From: Gammaproteobacteria bacterium
GTDB taxonomy: Bacteria; Pseudomonadota; Gammaproteobacteria; Eutrophobiales; Eutrophobiaceae
Assembly (NCBI GenBank): GCA_965221695.1
Contig: OZ244905.1
Location: 1,056,001 to 1,120,000, forward strand
Length of the DNA stretch: 64,000 nt
Direction: 5' to 3'
Shown here: in pieces, positions 21,001-25,608 of the stretch
How the letters are laid out: the number at the start of each line of letters is the position of its first letter
Position numbering within the stretch: position 1 is the first letter of the stretch
Position numbers and translations under genes: made by a program
The notes under the pieces: model-generated
Databases searched by the model: none
The model's input: only the letters and a program-made list of their open reading frames with translations
Told to the model about the DNA's origin: nothing

Positions 21001-22867
21001 AGGTCTGGTCGGCAATGGTCTGCGTGCCGAAGGTCGGCAGCGCATTCGCGGTGACCGCGACCGTGGCCGTGAGGCCGGCGTAGTTGCCGCCGGTAGCGGC
21101 TAAGGTAATAGTGGCAGCGCCGTCAGTGGGGCTCGCCGCCATGTTTACCGTCACCGTCTGCGCGGTACTGTAGTTCGTCGTGGTGAAGGTCAGCGGTGTC
21201 GGGCTGACGGTCACGTCCGTGTCGTCGCTGACCACGGTGATAGTGACCGCAGCGGTCGGCGCGGTGGCCAGGGTCACATCAAAGGTGCTGCTGCCGTCCT
21301 CATCGACCACCAGGGTGGCCGGCGCCACTTGAATGGCCGGGGTGGCTATCGGGGTCGCCGTGGCCGTGTCCGAGGCCGGGCCTTCGGCAACGCCCGCCAC
21401 CGCGCGGACCTGGAACGCATACACCTGGCCGTTGGTCAGGTTGTCAACGGTGTGCGTCGTGGTCGTGGCGCCGCTGTTGGCAATGTCGGTCCAGGTCGCA
21501 GTCGTCGGGTCGGATGTGCCCTGGGCATAGCGAACCTGGTACTTGGTGATGGTACTGTCACTCGGATCGTCCCAACTCAGCGTGACCTGGGCGTTGCCGG
21601 GGGTGGCAGTGAGATTGGCCGGCTTGGCCAGCGCTACCACCGTGATGTTAAACGTCAGCGAACTGGTGTCGCCCTGAGCGTCAGTCGCCGTGTAGGTGTA
21701 TGCCGTCGCCGCCTGCAGCGTCGTCGGCGTGCCGCTCAGCGTGCGCGTCGCAGCGTCAAAGCTCAGACCCGCAGGCAGCGACGGCGTCATGCTGTAGCTC
21801 AGCGTGCCGTTGCCCGTCGCCTCCGGCAATACCAGCGGCGTGATGGCCGTGCCCTGGGTGTAGAACTGATCCGGGATCGTCGCGCCGCCAAAGTCAGGAT
21901 TCGTATCCGACTGCACGATGACGCTGATCGGCGAGGTCCAGGAACCATAGCCGTTGCAAATATCGGGATCGGGGAGATCAAGATACCTCCCACCAGCATA
22001 CGTTACGCTGACTTCGTACTCCTCCGAATCCAATATCACATCAGGTTGTCCACGACTGCCCAACCTGGGAAACTCCCACTCTGTTATGTAGGTGTTATTA
22101 CCATGATTGTAATAAAGGGTGTATTTACCTGCGTCAGTACCTTTAGCTATAGTGGTCCAGGGTACTGAAGGCTTCCTGTAGACCACCTCAAATATGTAGG
22201 GTTCACCCTGAATCGAGGAGCAGGTGGGATCATACCAATCCCAAGTGACCTTGATCTTGCCAAAATCCGGCGTTGTGACCACGACATTCGTCGGCGGATG
22301 AAGAAATTGGCCCGAAATGCCTTGCGGGACGGCCAATGGTGTCGGCGCCGCCGTCAGCGCAGGACTCTCCGTTCCGGGGCCGTTCGCATTCACCGCGCGC
22401 ACCTGGAAGACATAGGTCGTTCCAAACGTCAGATTCCTTAAAAACACAAACGTCGAGAAGCGGTTGCTGCCTGAAATATCCGTCCACAGGTTATCATCTG
22501 ACGGGGACGTGAAACCCGTACCCGTCTTGTGCCGTACCTGGTACTTTGTGATGCTGCTGTCAGCCGGGTTGGCCCAGTTCAACTGGGCTTGACCCATAGT
22601 ATTAGACCCTGCACCAATTTGCTTGGACACGCCCACGGTGAAGTGCTGAGGCTGGGCCGGTGTGGATTGCGCCAGCAGCGATTGGGGACTGAACAGGGTG
22701 AACGCGAGAACGACTGCCGGGACGCGGCGCAGCAAGCGGGTAAAGTGTTGCAGGATGGTTGGCGCGGCGCCGGCCGGCGCGCTGAAAACAGGCACATTGG
22801 TGCTTAGACCGCAAGCGCGTGTATTGCGGACCCTGGTGAGCCAGTTATACACCACAGCCAAGCACAC
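1..22867 (-). CDS. Giant modular surface protein/adhesin B (FN3, Ig-like, cadherin-like repeats plus at least 7 variable domains); 3' end lies beyond the left edge
   Basis: Not in ORF track because no stop occurs in the window. The 5' end aligns with gene A (GTG at 22867 matches GTG at 50710, same upstream GAGGG). Frame spot-checked at ~21960, 17940, 14340, 13560, 9120, 5460 and 1-40 (APGDTEVTLSWNN), all the same frame; about 7620 codons in window. Confidence 0.93.
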   Translation of the reverse strand, partial: MCLAVVYNWLTRVRNTRACGLSTNVPVFSAPAGAAPTILQHFTRLLRRVPAVVLAFTLFSPQSLLAQSTPAQPQHFTVGVSKQIGAGSNTMGQAQLNWANPADSSITKYQVRHKTGTGFTSPSDDNLWTDISGSNRFSTFVFLRNLTFGTTYVFQVRAVNANGPGTESPALTAAPTPLAVPQGISGQFLHPPTNVVVTTPDFGKIKVTWDWYDPTCSSIQGEPYIFEVVYRKPSVPWTTIAKGTDAGKYTLYYNHGNNTYITEWEFPRLGSRGQPDVILDSEEYEVSVTYAGGRYLDLPDPDICNGYGSWTSPISVIVQSDTNPDFGGATIPDQFYTQGTAITPLVLPEATGNGTLSYSMTPSLPAGLSFDAATRTLSGTPTTLQAATAYTYTATDAQGDTSSLTFNITVVALAKPANLTATPGNAQVTLSWDDPSDSTITKYQVRYAQGTSDPTTATWTDIANSGATTTTHTVDNLTNGQVYAFQVRAVAGVAEGPASDTATATPIATPAIQVAPATLVVDEDGSSTFDVTLATAPTAAVTITVVSDDTDVTVSPTPLTFTTTNYSTAQTVTVNMAASPTDGAATITLAATGGNYAGLTATVAVTANALPTFGTQTIADQTYPQGAQITTLNLPQASGGDGTLTYTLTPTLPAGLTFDATARTLTGTPTAPQAATEYTYTATDADGDPATLTFDIRITPTLTLGGVTDANQAENTAYTGTATLTGTPVGNITWALTGDDANANGFTLSNQSNTGATVTLGAKDFEVPTDNDTNNIYVYTLTATDDDSNIATVNVAITITNVDEPATLTLTGLADASVSENQAYTVDASLTGALGAVTWTLGGADAGAFTLPAANQSQTGARVSLAARDFETPTDSDAGNTYEYTLTATDANTNTVTSAVYTVTVTDVDEAPAKPTNLTAAAGDTEVTLTWTNPNDSTITRYQVRYAQGNTIPATTPWTDIAGATATTTTHTVDNLTNGQVYAFQIRAVVGAVNGPDSDTVTATPRPDPAITVAPATLVVDEGGSNTFDVTLVAAPTAAVAITVASNNTNVTVNPTSLTFSATNYNTAQTVTVTMAANPSPNGNATLTLAATGGNYAGLTATVAVTANALPGFGTQTIADQTYPQGTAITTLNLPQATGGDGTLAYTLTPTPPAGLTFDATARTLTGTPTAPQAATEYTYTATDADGDTATLTFDIRITPTLTLGGVADANLAENTAYTGNATLTGTPVGNITWALTGDDANASGFTLSNQSNTGATVTLGAKDFEVPTDNDANNIYVYTLTATDDDGNSDTVNVAITITNIDEPATLTLTGLADASVSENQAYTVDASLTGALGAVTWTLGGADAAEFTLPAANQSQTGARVSLAARDFETPTDSDTGNTYEYTLTATDANTNTVTSAVYTVTVTDVDEAPAKPTNLTAAAGDTEVTLTWTNPNDSTITRYQVRYAQGNTIPATTPWTDIAGATATTTTHTVDNLTNGQVYAFQIRAVVGAANGPDSDTVTATPTLSAPDAPTNLTATAGDTQVILNWTNPTNASTLDNLQVRYKATADLPFVNTDTWTNLAATATTYTAISLTNGTDYTFAVRATNTAGNSTAATATATPRAPAPARTLTFTFSDDGTTITIAASGSLDVSDFGNPFNTTLNNSDGYPGLFLGDLKRWQIHPQLLDATPISKYDSFTNITTTGLNTYTGNGEIATLSNYSHDFSIYFRNDSLDQTLELDQANLTGNIYDLTGKNVTFTGTLSGTLGDNDFHIEHAIGTQKIIFTTTTATVPAAPTGLTATAGDTQATLNWTDPNDDTITKYQVRYGAGSTVPATATWEDITGSGATTTTHTVDNLTNGTQYAFEIRAVNVTGNSDASATVTATPALAIPDAPTGLTATAGNAQVTLTWTLPTNTSVIGDIQVRWKATADLPFNDTTDTWTNLNDGTATTYTATSLTNGTGYTFEVRATNTAGSSTRATATATPRAPAPARTLTFTFSDDGTTVTIAASGSLDVSGFNYVLDSTPQAEGYRGLLIDDTEIWQIMPQLDTTPLSWYDSLPNFVTTGTSTYTGNAQIETLSNYSHDFAIYFDTNFKWLYIDKANLTGNIYDLTGKNVTFTGTLSGTLGDNDFHIEHAIGTQKIIFTTTTATVPAAPTGLTATAGDTQVTLNWTDPNDDTITKYQVRYGAGSTVPATATWDDITGSGATTTSHIVTGLTNGTQYAFEIRAVNVTGNSDASATVTATPALAIPDAPTGLTATAGNAQVTLTWTNPTNASTITNIQVRYKATADLPFNDNTDTWTDLAATATTYTAMGLTNGTGYTFAVRATNTAGNSTAATATATPTLPAPAAPTGLSAAAGDTQVTLNWTDPQNTSITKYQVRYGAGSTVPATASWEDITGSDDETKTHTVTGLTNGTQYAFEIRAVNATGNSDASATVTAMPTAPTPARTLTFTFSDDGSTVTIAASGSLDVSGFSPAGDTVPTLVTSVGYVLFNQEFEKWQIFATPSDNTTPISRYNSLPNIVTTGLNSYSGNQEIINLSNYNYEFSLRFNTYRKLLFVDKANLTGDIYDPTGDEVTFTGTVLNTVGDNDFHIEHAIGNQKIIFTTTTATVPAAPTGLTATAGDTQATLNWTDPNDDTITKYQVRYGAGSTVPATATWEDITGSGATTISHDVTGLTNGTQYAFEIRAVNTTGNSDASATVTATPTAPTPARTLTFTFSDDGSTVTIAASGSLDVSGFNLSSTTNQNARPVIKMGDLSQWVLFPSSRLSVNYYNQLPDISTTGESSYTGNREVENLGSYNSGFHFGHGTDPLLADLELSASHISGGIYSLDQDITFTGTLLTTLGDDDFHIEHAIGNQKIIFTATPPVPDAPTGLAATAGDTQVTLNWTDPNDDTITKYQVRYGAGSTVPATATWGDITGSGETTISHDVTGLTNGTQYAFEIRAVNATGNSDASATVTATPTAPTPARTLTFTFSDDGTTVTIAASGSLDVSGFNYLQDTTPQGEGFSGLLIDDTEIWQIMPQSDTTPLSWYNSLPNFVTTGTSTYTGNAKVETLSNYSHDFAIRFSTYLPRLYIDKTNLSGNIYDLTGKNVTFTGTLSGTLGDNDFHIEHTFGNQKIIFTATPPPVPAAPTNLSATAGDTEATLNWANPNDSSITKYQFRQAQGATVPDSTAWADITGSGANTTSHTVTGLTNGQQYAFQIRAVNNGGNSDASDTATATPRVDTTPSFGTETIDDQTYTRNTAIATLTLPEATGGNGTLTYSLTPAAPAGLAFDAANRTLTGTPTTVQSATAYTYTVTDADGDTASLTFNITIAKAVEPPASPRNLIAIAGDTRVTLAWIDPNDPTITGYEVLYQYGSDPWEPIEGSDATTTRHTVENLVNGTEYTFQIRAVAGNVPGDPSIAVKATPQVAVPDAPDNLTATAGDRSVSLSWDLPTNASVLDKVQVRHQARGETTWEPWTDLAADATTHTVTNLKNGQDYLFEVRAESGSGAGPAARTAGTPELAVPGKPTEFSATGGNTEVALGWKLPTNTSEIDTVQVRWKATADLPFDDARDKWTDLPSSDATAYTATGLTNGTGYTFEVRATNKAGNGEPATGAATPRAPPLVTPGAPTNLSTVPGDTEVVVLWTLPTNTSRIDSVELRYKVKTAPDTGWSAWSSLAGTAERYRVTGLVNGTDYLFEVRAVNTAGTGPSASVEGTPELVKPSAPSNLQAAAGDTQVTLTWDLPDKGTVDTIDVRHKKKTDTAWSQWTLLAKDATTHTETGLDNGVTYEFEVRATNTAGSSDSVAVDAQPKLAVPNAPGNLTAAAGDGAVSLTWDLPTNTSEIDKMQVAYKVKSAANFQPWVDLAKDATSYDVTGLTNGTEYTFIVRALNGAGRGAVAEVDATPVAVPSAPTGLTAAPGDTQVVLSWTLPANAGALTKVQVRHKADTAKDWQAWVDLAANATTYTVTGLTNGELYNFEVRAENASGAGASAAISATPTTAPGAPTKLSTVPGDTEVVVLWTLPTNTNQIDRVELRYKVKTAPDTGWSEWRSLAGTAERERVTGLVNGTDYLFEVRAVNAVGTGPSASVEGTPELAKPSSPSNLQAAGGDTQVTLTWDLPDKGTVDTIDVRHKKKTDTAWSQWTLLAKDATTHTETGLDNGVSYEFEVRATNAAGSSDSVAVAAQPKLAVPNAPTNLTATAGNAQVTLNWTLPTNASVIGDVQVRWKATADLPFNDTTDTWTDLNDGTATTYTATGLTNGTGYTFAVRATNTAGNGEAATVSATSNALPTFGTQTIADQTYMQNSAITTLNLPQASGGDGTLTYTLTPTPPAGLTFSDTARTLTGAPTTAQSATAYTYTATDADGDTASLTFNITVTADTQAPRVASIVRHDPPTSPTNAVSLTWRVTFSEAVVNVSDDDFHVAGTDGTETATAVGTDGTTWDVNVAGGNLVVLAGTVNLEFVQGQDIEDTAGNALTDTTPTGTNDDTYLLDRTPPHVTSIFRYDSETGNTDAKSPTNRDSVQWSVQYNESMRNSGAGSAAAYTVTFVPAITQEPTLTVTPGADDPNTCGDLTPYVVNISGGALAGYNGTATLTLNHAEVTDCVGNTLRDRTPPRGNQITYELDNTAPTVAITGVSGTVNAAVDATFTFSESVTGFEAGDITLTNADASAFAQPDPAAPVYTAKITPKAEGEFSVAVAAAVAQDAAGNDNAAATTVTAIYDELEPPAKPRSLVAIAGDAEVTLIWANPGDDSITKYQIFNSETVGINLWDDIPGSGADTVTHTVTGLTNGTEYTFQIRAVADSLLGDASDAVKATPQVAVPDAPENLTATAGDRSVSLTWDLPTNASVLDKVQVRHQARGETTWEPWTDLAADATTHTVTNLKNGQDYLFEVRAESASGAGPAARTAATPELAVPGKPTEFSATGGNTEVALGWKLPTNTSEIDTVQVRWKATADLPFDDARDKWTDLPSADATSHKVTGLTNGTGYTFQVRATNSAGNGDPATGAATPRAPPLVTPGAPTNLSTVPGDTEVVVLWTLPTNTSRIDSVELRYKVKTAPDTGWSAWSSLAGTAERSRVTGLVNGTDYLFEVRAVNTVGTGPSASVEGTPELAKPSAPSNLQAAAGDTQVTLTWDLPDKGTVDTIDVRHKKKTDTAWSQWTLLAKDATTHTETGLDNGVTYEFEVRATNTAGSSDSVAVDAQPKLAVPDAPTNLTATAGDGKVGLTWDLPTNTSEIDRMQVAYKVKSAANFQPWVDLAKDATSHEVTGLTNGTEYTFIVRALNGAGRGAVAEVDATPVAVPLAPTGLTAAPGDTQVVLSWTLPANAGALTKVQVRHKADTAKDWQAWVDLAANATTYTVTGLTNGELYNFEVRAENASGAGASAAVSATPTTAPGAPTKLSTVPGDTEVVVLWTLPTNTNQIDRVELRYKVKTAPDTGWSEWRSLAGTAERERVTGLVNGTDYVFEVRAVNTVGTGPSASVEGTPELAKPSAPSNLQASAGDTQVTLTWDLPDKGAVDTIDVRHKKKTDTSWSQWTLLAKDATTHTETGLDNGVSYEFEVRATNAAGSSDSVAVGAQPKLAVPDAPTNLTATAGDTQVELSWTLPTNASLIGAVQVRWKATANLPFTASDAWTDLVGTATAYTATGLTNGTGYTFEVRATNTAGDGPAATASATPMPPTQARTLTLTFSDDGSTVTIDAAGSLDFSASGSRPNTTIGFSNAISFDDTDIWVIGADSSGINSPVSSYQLSALTTTVNEPFSGPSSAENLSNYSAEFYLRFTTFYNRMLVDQDNLTGTIYDPTGDQVTFTGTLQSTLGDNDFDIEHAFGNQKIVFKTASPATVPAAPTGLAATAGNAQVDLAWTNPNDSNITRYQVRYGAGSTVPATATWEDIGNSGAGTTTHTVSGLANGTQYAFEIRAVNARGNSAASATVTATPAPPIPVAPTGLTATAGDTEVTLNWTNPSDISITKYQVSYESLDAGSNSATWEDILNSDDTTTTHTVTGLTNGTAYAFRLRAVNATGEGPASAAVTATPTLAIPGAPTDLSATAGDKQARLNWTLPTNASVIAKVEMRYKPTADLPFNDSTDTWTNLNDATATTTTVTGLTNGTNYTFAVRATNTAGDGEAATTTAIPRAPPALVVSTTTLDVQPGASETFTVALAAAPTAPVTVTLTSDDTDVTVSPTPLTFTATNYSTAQKVTVNMAANPTDGAATVTLTAAGGNYAGLTATVAVTANALPSFGDKTIADQDYTQNTAIPTLNLPEASGGDTPLTYTLTPTPPAGLTFDATARTLTGAPTGTQAATEYTYTATDANGDTAELTFDIRIAATLTIGGVADADQPENATYTGNATLTGAPVGDITWALRGADTRRQGGFTLSNETNTGATVTLAAKDHESPTDDDANNIYEYALTATDEDGNSAMVEVAITITDVDEPPAKPSNFNARAGDTRVTLTWNDPRDRSITKYQVTDHRGVGYDSWVDIPNSGATTTSHTVENLTNGTEYTFQVRAVVGTAAGPPSDERKAIPELAVPDAPTDLKATPGDTRVTLNWVLPTNASELDKVQVRYRRLTETTWSAWVDLAADATEHTVTNLKNGQTYQFAVRAVNTAGEGEARITARPVLAIPGEPTDLTAAPGDQQVTLTWVLPTNTSEIDWVDVAYKEKSATNYRPWVTLKDEDATTYTVTGLTNGTEYTFIVRARNDAGRGEVASVDATPLAAPSAPTGLAAAPGDTQVGLSWTLPTDSGVLTKMQARHKADTAKQWQAWVDLAADATTHTVTGLTNGQLYNFEVRAENASGAGAAASISATPAAPLVTPGAPTNLSTVPGDTEVVVLWTLPTNTSRIDSVELRYKVKTAPDTGWSKWNSLAGTAERYRVTNLVNGTDYVFEVRAVNTAGTGPSASVEGTPELAKPSAPSNLQASAGDTQVTLTWDLPDKGTVDTIDVRHKKKTGTAWSQWTLLVKDATTHTETGLDNGVTYEFEVRATNTAGSSDSVAVDAQPKLAVPDAPGNLTAAPGDGKVGLTWDLPTNTSEIDRMQVAYKVKSATNFQPWVDLAKDATSHDVTGLTNGTEYTFIVRALNGAGRGAVAEVDATPVAVPLAPTGLTAAPGDTQVVLSWTLPANAGALTKVQVRHKADTAKDWQAWVDLAANATTYTVTGLTNGELYNFEVRAENASGAGASAAISATPTTAPGAPTKLSTVPGDTEVVVLWTLPTNTNQIDRVELRYKVKTAPDTGWSEWRSLAGTAERERVTGLTNGTDYVFEVRAVNTVGTGPSASVEGTPELAKPSAPSNLQADGGDTQVILTWDLPDKGAVIDSIDVRYKKKTDNWADDWTALAADATTYTVTGLDNGVVYEFQVRATNTAGSSASVDTTAQPKLAVPNAPTNLTATAGNAQVTLNWTLPTNASVIGDVQVRWKATADLPFNDSTDTWTNLNDGTATTYTATGLTNGTGYTFAVRATNTAGDGPAATAAATPMAPSTPARTLTFTFSDDGATTTIAASGSLDMSGFTDVGDTVPEHVIYIKIDDTDELWAFHPASLANGAPSRRYEDLPDFTKTGRSSFTGYNEILNLANYSNDFTILFNTYRKYMIVDKASLNGDIYNPTGKTVTYSGTVLDSLGDNDFHIELAFGNQKIVYTATPPPVPAAPANLAAAPGDTEVTLSWNN
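600..12790 (-). repeat. Three dispersed copies of a ~1.7-2.4 kb FN3 block in gene B (~860-2560, ~6240-8620, ~10410-12790)
   Basis: Echo ORFs at 1347/6723/10893 (offsets 5376, 4170) and 8334/12504; internal ~1125-bp period (6327/7452). Confidence 0.8.
18360..21350 (-). repeat. Intragenic tandem duplication, ~2 x 1500 bp in gene B
   Basis: Identical antisense ORFs at 18455 and 19955; boundaries approximate. Confidence 0.8.
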
Positions 22868-23095
22868 TTATTTTTTGACCCTCATTCCCGCAGAAACAGC
22901 AGTGCTATATCAAACCAAACCCGACACAACTTTTCAAGCGTTTTCGGGATATTGCATTCTGCATTTCAAGTCATACGCTGAATTCTATATCTTATGAAAT
23001 AACTTTAATATTCTAGCATATCGATTTTAGATGTATGACATTTTCTCGTGATACTGCGTCAGTAAGTGTAACAGCAGCAGAAAATTATGCAAATG
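22868..23095 (-). promoter_or_regulatory. AT-rich upstream region of gene B, homologous to that of gene A
   Basis: Shared ttattttttgaccctcattcccgcagaaac, gcgttttcgggata, tagcatat.gatttta and aagtgtaacag...aattatgcaa blocks with 50711-50956. Confidence 0.6.
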
Positions 23096-23132
23096 TTATT
23101 GATACAGGGGGCGCCAGACTGGGATCGCAGGC

Positions 23133-23200
23133 ATCCGGTCCAATGTTGTGTCGCCCGGGGGCGACTCCTTGTTTTACTGAATTCCCGCTTTCGCGTGAAT
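23133..23200. repeat. REP/dRS3-like palindromic element (family 1)
   Basis: GTCGCC-N-GGCGAC core at 23150-23165 and ATTCCC-N8-GTGAAT at 23181-23200. Confidence 0.7.
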
Positions 23201-23242
23201 GGGATGGGGGGCTTAGCGCTGGCTTGGGTGCCCAGTTCGGCT

Positions 23243-24451
23243 TCACAACAACTGCGACAAAAACGTTTGCGCCGGTACGATGAGCGGGTGATTCGGTTTG
23301 GCAAAGCAATCGGCATTGATATAGTCGGCATTGATGACTATCTGAAATGCATGCGGCGCGGCCAGATGGCGCTGGTAATATTTCAGGCTCGGGCCGAGCG
23401 TTGTGGCGGTGTATTTGACTTCTGCCAGGAACCAGGGGTCGCCGTCGCGCGCCACCAGAAAATCGACTTCCCGTTTTTCCTTGTCGCGCAGGTAGCCAAG
23501 TTCAAACCTGCCCAGGCCCATATCGTTCCAACCATCCACCGCCTTGAGCAAGTGACAGGCCACAAATGTCTCTGCCCTGCTCCCGGTATCTTCAATATTG
23601 GCCCAATCAGTCAGAAACCACTTGGGCTCTTTACGCAGCGAACGGGATACATTCTTGTGCCATGGTTTGAGCAGGAAGCCCTGATGGAGGTCGCACAGTG
23701 TGTTGACCCAGCGGCGCACCGTATCGATGGATACCCGTAACTGTTTTGCAAGGTTGGCGTAAACCAGTTGGCTTCCGGAACGGGCAGATAACAACTTGAC
23801 CAGAAGTCCCAGTTGGTCTGTTTGTTGGATTTGTGTCAGGTCGCGCAGATCTTCCCGGACCAGTTGATCATAACGCAGCGATTGCCAGCGGCGACTGAAG
23901 CGCGGGTCGCGTCTCAGGAACGGTTCGGGATAACCGCCATGATTCCATAACGCGGTAAAATCCGTCGCGCTGATTGGTTGCGGGTCACGCACGATACGGT
24001 TGGCTGCCGGGGGTTGTCGGGTGATTATCTCCGCAACGGAGAATGGATGCATGCGGTACGGGAAATACCGTCCCATCAGGCTGTCACCGCCGCGCCGATA
24101 GACAGCCAGACGACTGCTGCCGGTGGCAGTAATGCGGACCTGGTCGGCATACGTATCAAACAGACCTTTCAAAAACTGCTTCCAGCGGGCGTACTTGTGC
24201 AATTCATCAAACAGCACGACCGGTGGCTGTTCGGTAAGCCGGTGCAGCGGCAAGCGCTCGGCAACACGCGCGGGACCGGTCAGGATAAGTTCCCGATCAT
24301 CAATATTGTCCCAGTTAAGGTACAGGTCCGCATGGGCGCGGCAAGCAGTTGTTTTACCTACTTGTCGCGGACCGCTGATGAAGGCCATCTGGCGGTAATG
24401 CGCCAGGTGATATGACAACAGGGATTCATATAGTCGAGGGAATCTTTCCAT
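23243..24451 (-). CDS. AAA+ ATPase, AAA_14/DUF4143 family
   Basis: Walker A GPRQVGKTT, Walker B LFDE, TGSS, GGYPE, C-terminal REVDFL...EVK (PD-(D/E)xK-like). Confidence 0.9.
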   Translation of the reverse strand: MERFPRLYESLLSYHLAHYRQMAFISGPRQVGKTTACRAHADLYLNWDNIDDRELILTGPARVAERLPLHRLTEQPPVVLFDELHKYARWKQFLKGLFDTYADQVRITATGSSRLAVYRRGGDSLMGRYFPYRMHPFSVAEIITRQPPAANRIVRDPQPISATDFTALWNHGGYPEPFLRRDPRFSRRWQSLRYDQLVREDLRDLTQIQQTDQLGLLVKLLSARSGSQLVYANLAKQLRVSIDTVRRWVNTLCDLHQGFLLKPWHKNVSRSLRKEPKWFLTDWANIEDTGSRAETFVACHLLKAVDGWNDMGLGRFELGYLRDKEKREVDFLVARDGDPWFLAEVKYTATTLGPSLKYYQRHLAAPHAFQIVINADYINADCFAKPNHPLIVPAQTFLSQLL

Positions 24452-24620
24452 GCCTGACTATTATCAATAGTATCGTATAATAGTCAAGACCATTTTACGA
24501 TGGCGCTTATTTTGGTCAGAATATGAACAGCGGTTACAGATTAGAACATAACAGTCCGACTTTAGCGCTGGTTCTCAATTAGACAAGTGTCCGTTTGCAC
24601 CTCTATAGAGCCACAGTACC

Positions 24621-24674
24621 ACTCCTGCGGAAGCGGGAGTCCAGTCAGATGCTGTGCCGCCCGCAGGGCGACTC
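24621..24674. repeat. REP/dRS3-like element (family 1), half copy
   Basis: actcct-N8-gggagt-ccagt...gccgcccgcagggcgac. Confidence 0.7.
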
Positions 24675-24727
24675 GTTAAATCCTGCTCTGCCGTTTTCGT
24701 CAGAACATAGCGTTTGCGCTAGCTCAC
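24674..24727 (-). pseudogene. ParE/RelE-family toxin 5' remnant
   Basis: Directly after the antitoxin: GTG AGC TAG then RKRYVLTKTAEQDL, matching the ParE N-terminal Y.L(T/S)..A..DL motif; truncated at the REP element. Confidence 0.7.
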
Positions 24728-24732
24728 GAAAC

Positions 24733-24960
24733 TCAGGATTCATGCGCTATGTCAAGGATGGATTTTTCTGACATCTGTCCTTGTTTGATATCTTCAAGGC
24801 CGGCCAAGACGTGTTTGAGTGTCATGTCGGCTTCCATATCATGGCGGATCAGGTCGCGTATATATTCGCTTGGTGTTGCATAAACGCTGGAGTCACCCGT
24901 TCGACTATCGATGAATTGCCGCAGTTCATTTGTCAAAGATAAATTCAAGCTGCTTGCCAT
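24733..24960 (-). CDS. ParD-like ribbon-helix-helix antitoxin
   Basis: 75 aa, LNLSLT..L..FI.......YATPSEYIRDLIR motif typical of ParD/CC2985-type antidotes. Confidence 0.85.
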   Translation of the reverse strand: MASSLNLSLTNELRQFIDSRTGDSSVYATPSEYIRDLIRHDMEADMTLKHVLAGLEDIKQGQMSEKSILDIAHES

Positions 24961-25078
24961 GGTTCTTTATAAAATCTGTTTTCCGCACGTGTAGTAAGTT
25001 TAAAACCAATGTCATATTTCGTCAATATTCAGTCGAATACTGACTTCAGACTTATTCCTGTATTGGAAAATACTGGAG

Positions 25079-25474
25079 TTACAAGGCAAACTTGAGCATT
25101 ACAAATGTGATTCCACAGATGGCAATCGTCTGGCCCAGCATCAATTTGAGTATCTCCGACCTGAGGTTATCAACGGCGTTATCAATCTCCTTCTTAACGT
25201 ACTCCTTGGTGGCCATCTCACTGCGAATCTCTTTGATCTCTTGTTCAACCTTGTCAAAACGCCGCTCAATTTTTTCGATGTCCGCTCTTGTGGCAAGGTT
25301 GTTCAACAGATCACCCTGCTCTGCCGCCAGCGCTTCCGCCTGCTGCTCGTTAAAACCGCATGCTGTCATCCGTTTTACGTAGGCATGTTCGTTGAACATG
25401 AGTATGTCTTGCTCCGGCGTAAAATAATGTGATTCTACCGCTGGTTTTGCTTGTGCTACCGTTGTTTCATTCAT
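25079..25474 (-). CDS. DUF1640/CCDC90-like coiled-coil protein with C-terminal membrane anchor
   Basis: FNEHAYVKRM...GFNEQQAEAL, LATRAD/MATKE repeats, hydrophobic C-terminus; GGAG RBS. Confidence 0.8.
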   Translation of the reverse strand: MNETTVAQAKPAVESHYFTPEQDILMFNEHAYVKRMTACGFNEQQAEALAAEQGDLLNNLATRADIEKIERRFDKVEQEIKEIRSEMATKEYVKKEIDNAVDNLRSEILKLMLGQTIAICGITFVMLKFAL

Positions 25475-25608
25475 GGTTTAACTCCCGTTTTTCCGTTCTT
25501 AAGATGAGTGTAAACATTTCTGTTTACTGTTAGATCTGATGTTAGTAGCCTGTTATGGGGTTGTCAAGATGGGATGGGGGGCGCTTGCGCGGGAATAGGA
25601 TGGGGCGC

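Noticed and set aside
392-22814. Numerous long plus-strand ORFs (e.g. 706, 762, 688, 538 aa)
   Set aside because: Antisense shadows of the GC-rich repetitive giant gene; Arg/Gly/Val-rich with no motifs. The same applies to those opposite gene A and the housekeeping genes.
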